The notes below the pieces were generated by a model. It was given only the letters and a program-made list of their open reading frames with translations. It ran no database searches and was not told where the DNA came from. Made by a program: the position numbers and the translations under genes. This document shows positions 15,040 through 64,000 of a stretch of DNA of 64,000 bases, piece by piece. This DNA comes from Octopus vulgaris. Its lineage: Eukaryota. The stretch covers positions 70,370,001-70,434,000 of the forward strand of contig OX597833.1 of the NCBI GenBank assembly GCA_951406725.2, in the 5' to 3' direction. Position 1 is the stretch's first letter. Every line of letters starts with the position of its first letter.

Positions 15040-15887
15040 GCTTTTGATTACCTCCGGGGCGACCTTCCTCCCTTAGAATGAGGTGTTCAGTTTTTTTTTA
15101 ATACTCAGCATCTTAAAGGAACTCTGACTCTATCCCGCAGGGAATGCAGTAACTGTCACGTTACGTTTCACCGATGAGATCGCATATATGGCAGATATGA
15201 GCAAAACATATCAGGAGTTGTCAGCATTCTGCTAAAGATCATAATCTCTCTCCTATGCATTTCTTATATAAGATAAATTAGTTGAATTTTTTCCGTGTCT
15301 CTCCTCGACCTTGTTTGAACAGAATTAATAATTTAATTAATGACTGTTTTCAACACCAAGGAAATACTTTTAATTAAACTTATTTAGCACATGCGCACAC
15401 ACACACATATGCAATGAGAGAGATAAAGAAGGACAATGATAGATGCCTTCTCATTTATGCTGTTTCCTGTTGTATATAACACGATTAGATTTTAACATCT
15501 GTTCCGTTGACCACAGCATTAAATATGAAACATTTTAAAGAATATATATACAGGCGTAGGCGTGGCTGTGTGGTAATAAGCTTGCTTCCCAACCACATGG
15601 TTTCGGGTTCAGTCCCACTGCGCGGCAACTTCGGCATGTGTCTTCTACTGGAGCCTCGGGCCGACCAAAGTCCTGTATGTGGATTTGGTTGACGGAAACT
15701 GAAAGAAAGCCTGTCGTATATATTTATGTGTGTGTGTGTCTTTGTGTCTGTGTTTGTCCCACCATTGCTTGACAACCGATGTTAGTGTGTTTACGTCCCT
15801 GAAACTTAGCGGTTCGACAATAGAGACCGATAGAATAAGTACTAGGCTTACAAAGAATAATTTCTTCGACTAAAGGTGTGTATACCC

Positions 15888-15919
<32 letters not shown>

Positions 15920-16238
15920 TTGTATGTATGTACATATAGGTATGTATATCTACATATATATTATTTATATATACATACATACATGCACACTCGCCTGTGA
16001 GAACGCGTTTACGTTTGTTTACGTTTCGAAGCAAACCTCATAATTTAAATGTAGGTACATCCGCGTGAAAAATTTCATGTATGTGTGTGTGCACGCGCCC
16101 TTGTGTATGTATGTATGTGCATGTGTGTGGGTCTGGGTGTGCGTGTGAGTTTTTGAATACATAGATACACATACACACATATATGCTGAGATACATCCAT
16201 GTACATCCGTGTGTGTGTGTGTGTATGTATGTATGTAG

Positions 16239-16286
<48 letters not shown>

Positions 16287-18417
16287 ATATATATATAATA
16301 AATAAAACATATGCATATATACATACATATATGTAAGTACCTACCTCTACATGTATATATACATGCATATATGGGTACAGATGCAACTTCATACACACAC
16401 ACACATACAAACACACACACACATACACACACATTCAACAGATTGTATATCTTAAGAGTTAATTAGCAAATTTAAACATTCCATACAAGCAATGCAGGTT
16501 TCGACGTACCACTACTACTACTACTACTACTACCAGTAGTAGTAGTATTAGTAGTAGTTGGTATTGTTGTTGTTGTTGTTTAACCCCAGGTCAACGCTTC
16601 ATCGAGCAGATAAAATTCTGAAGTGGATTTTAGTTGCTATTTCTAGCAGACCGTGTGATTGCGAAGATGTCCCTTCATTAGCTCAGTCAGCATAGTTATA
16701 TCGTTGTTATCGCCGTTCTAAGGCTTCCCCCCCCCCAACCGTGACCATCACCGCCTGCTTTATCCATCGTTTCTTTTCCTTGTTTAAGGTGGCAAAGTGT
16801 GTTTGTGTGTATTTGTGTGTGTGTGTGTGTGTTTGCGAGCGTGCGTTTGTGCATGATTTTAAGGAGACTTTGGCTGCTATTTCTTTGAAGGCCAAAGGCC
16901 TCTTATAATTTCCTTCTCGGTGTCATTCATTCGTCGTCGTTACGGTTGTTGTTGTTGTTCACACTTAACCATGATATAGCAGAACATATCATCAAAGCTA
17001 ATTCCATATGTGACCATCCCGTCTTCGTCCTATTTACAGAGAATACCAAAATAATACCCAACGCGTCCATTTTCAGTTCGGTACGGAGTATGTAAACGTG
17101 TGTGTATATGTACATGTGTGTGTGTGTGTTTGCATGTGTATGTGTGAGCGTGTGTGTTTGTGTGCGCGCGCGTAAAGACAGAGATTTGACTGTTATCTCT
17201 AGCAGGCCGAGTGTCCTTGTATTATAGACCCTGCTGTCTTAGTTCCGGCTCCGATGCGGCATTCTGAGAATACGTAATTCTTAAGTATTACCAGACAACT
17301 GTAACGGGAGCAGCACTAGTAAGATTAAATATGATCTTCTTTACTTCTTCGGAAGTGTTTTACGGAAATATTTCAACAGGTTATGGCGTTTATATTTGAC
17401 GGAAATATCACCATCTCATAATTTGAAATTAAGCCAATAACATGAAAATGTGAGGAATTTCGCAAAATTTTTAATTAAGATTTTACTTCAATGTGATGTT
17501 TTATTTATTTAAAGGCGGTGAGCTGGCAGAAATGTTAGGACGCTGGGCGATATGCCTTGTGCCTAGTGTAGAAAAGAATCGTTAGCACGCGAGGGGTGGA
17601 GGCGAAATGCTTAGCGGTATTTCGGCTGCCGTTACGTTCTGAGTTCAAATTCCGCCGAGGTCCACTTTGCCTTTCATCCTTTCGGGGTCGATAAATTAAG
17701 TACCAGTTACGCACTGGGGTCGATGTAATCGACTTAATACCTATGTCTGTCCTTGTTTGTCCCCTCTGTGTTTAGCCCCTTGTGGGTAATAAAGAAATAG
17801 GTATTTCGTCTGCCGTTGCATTGTGAGTTCAAATTCCGCCGAGGTCGACTTTGCCTTTCATCCTATCGGGGTCGATAAATTAAGTACCAGTTACGCACTG
17901 GGGTCGATGTAATCGACTTAATACCTATGTCTATCCTTGTTTGTCCCCTCTGTGTTTAGCCCCTTGTGGGTAATAAAGAAATAGGTATTTCGTCTGCCGT
18001 TACGTTCTGAGTTCAAATTCCGCCGGGTCGACTTTACCTTTCGTCTTTTCGGCAAATTGACTCGTCGGTAACTTGTCTTATCTACCATTTTCTCTTACCA
18101 ACATTACGAAACGAATTCTTAGCTTTCTTTAAAAGCAAGATCCACTCCAGTTCGCAACATCTTCATTTCTTGGAATTAACTCCCTTGCTTGTTGTTTTCA
18201 AATTTCAAATGCACACTAGAGGGAGATTTTTTTTCAGTGTTATGAACGCTGGCATTTCGACTGTCGATATTTTGACATGTATGACGAATGTCAACATTCG
18301 TCATTTTGTCCGAATACCCCCCAGTTGCCAGGTACATGCCAAACCAAACAACCCTGTTAAACCCCGTCGCCATCTTGTGTTCCATCTGATACACAACCGT
18401 TTGTCACTCGACACACA

Positions 18418-18795
18418 AATATATAAAGCTGAAGTTGTCTGTGTGTGTGGCAGGTTTGGTAGCCTTCAACTAACACTATCTCCTCCGAGACCCTGCGGCG
18501 CAAGTTGACCAAAATTGAGAGTATGATAGAAGAAGGCTTGCTCTTCATTCCGTAGAAGAAAAAATTCAAATCGGACCATGTTAACACCAAAAATTATTTA
18601 CATCAAAAATCTATGAAAATCCCTATTTTTTTACGATTTTTTTACTGCTGTGTCGCCATTTTCTGGTGTATTTCAACCAGAAAAATGTTCACTTAAAGAG
18701 AATAACAAGCTACATCATGCAAAATTTTAACTTTTCAAAAATTCCAATTCTAAAGGGTCGAAACAAACCCGAGCAACGCCGGGCGATATTGCTAG
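18418..18795 (+). mobile_element. Non-autonomous Helitron, family 2
   Basis: Different body but the same 3' hairpin and CTAG|T; homologous to 43858-44300. Confidence 0.75.
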
Positions 18796-19503
18796 TAGAA
18801 TATAACACAAAATTGAAAAGAAAGAAAACAAAACAGGAGAGCGAAACAACATTTGTTTTTTGGGAGGTTATTTTGTTATTATTATTATTATTTTTTTTCA
18901 TTTTGCTTTTTACATTTACAAGTCAACAACAACCGTATATATTTTCAGAGAACAAAAAATAGAAAGCTTTAACATTTGTACCCCTTCCCGGGGGAGGATC
19001 AAGGTTGAGTGGAGAGATGAAGTTGCATCTTAGAATCATGTTTTCTTCAAGAGTTTGCAAGTTTGCCAATTCCTGTCTTTTTTTTTTTTGTTTTTTGTTC
19101 TTTTTTTTTTTACTTTAGTTATGTCAGTATTAACATATTTAATGCGGGGCGCATTTAGAGAAGCCAACTAGAAATAATTATGCAGAACAGAAAAGGAGAG
19201 TAAAATACAGCATTGATCAATGTCTTTTTAATTTTTTTTTCCATCTTTTTTCGTTCAGCAAGTATGGGAGACAACTTCAGTCATGTTTCGTTATTATTCT
19301 GACCTCATTAGCAATTTTGTTTGTTTCGTATTTTTTTCCTACGGTCATGTTAAAAAAATTAAGGAAAGGTGCAATAGTAAATTATGTAAATATTTCTTTT
19401 AACTTTTTTTATTTGTTTATCTTGAACTCTTTTTTTTTTTGTTTGTTTGTTCTAGTTTTATTTATTTATTTATTTGTTGCTTTTTTCGATGGTGATGAAA
19501 TTA

Positions 19504-19517
19504 TTTATTGGTTTATT
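19504..19517 (-). promoter_or_regulatory. Candidate polyadenylation signals of the lipoxygenase
   Basis: Two AATAAA on the minus strand about 25-35 nt after the stop; the AT-rich context makes this weak. Confidence 0.3.
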
Positions 19518-19540
19518 GGTTTATCGATTTAGTTCGTGTT

Positions 19541-63164
<43,624 letters not shown>

Positions 63165-63228
63165 CTGAAAAGGTACGAAACGGATTGAGGCTACATTACA
63201 GAGAAATTCACGAAACAGTCAGACAGAC

Positions 63229-63299
<71 letters not shown>

Positions 63300-63497
63300 A
63301 AGATAGATACACTTATGTATGGACTATGTATGTATATATGTATAGTTTGCAAAGAACAATGGGAGAAAAGTACTCTCTACAAGGAGTAGAGTATAGTTTC
63401 ATTAACTGAGTCATTAGACATAGCTCATTTAGGAAGAAAAAGAGCCTGGGGGAATTGATGGTAATGTGTGTCAGCAAAATCTTTTACAGTGTTATGT

Positions 63498-63536
<39 letters not shown>

Positions 63537-63596
63537 TATATATACACACATATATATATATGCGTGTATATGTATATATATACATGTGTGTGTTTG

Positions 63597-63658
<62 letters not shown>

Positions 63659-63685
63659 AAAATAGTAAAGAGTGAAAAAACGACA

Positions 63686-64000
63686 GAAGGCTTAAATGTT
63701 AAAAAATATATATATTTGCGTCAAAATGTCTGGAGAATATTGGAAAAAAATTTTTTTTTTTTTTTCCTTTCCTTAAAATGACATAATTTTATACTTTTTA
63801 AAGAAATACCGGTTTCGCAGTTAGCTCTTCAAATTTCTTGTGACTTAATGTTTGTCACAAGAAACATTAAGTCACAAGAAATTTGAAGAGCTAACTGCGA
63901 AACCGGTATTTCTTTAAGGAAAGGAAAAAAAAAAAAAATTTTCCAATATTCTCCAGACATTTTGACGCAAATATATATATTTTTTAAAATTTAAGCCTTC
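63686..64000. mobile_element. Palindromic Penelope-like fragment with a degenerate hammerhead in each arm
   Basis: Inverted arms centred at 63854-63861; TTGAAGA-GC(TAACT)GC-GAAA-CCGG-TA with AAGAAA/TTTCTT as stem I; continues past the window end. Confidence 0.6.

Overview
AT-rich, microsatellite- and SINE-dense animal genomic DNA; the repeat content looks like Octopus or another coleoid cephalopod (inference). Most ORFs in the supplied track are microsatellite artefacts. The main gene is a minus-strand lipoxygenase: I reconstructed 13 coding exons by hand (63164 to 19541, about 495 aa of the catalytic domain) with all five iron ligands, a Gly at the Coffa site and one GC-AG intron. One exon has a 1-nt frameshift and no splice donor, and the 5' part of the gene lies beyond the window. 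The most striking feature sits in a lipoxygenase intron (26231-29415). It is a near-identical tandem array of a 484-486 bp unit arranged as a 1.5-kb-arm palindrome inside a (TA)n tract. Every full unit carries a complete type-I hammerhead ribozyme, as in retrozymes and Penelope-type elements. The inversion point falls a few nt after the predicted self-cleavage site, which suggests fold-back priming at the 5' end of a cleaved RNA. Many other short elements, mostly in (TA)n tracts, also carry hammerhead cores. The window also holds non-autonomous Helitrons, tRNA-derived SINEs, hAT-like MITEs and LINE remnants.
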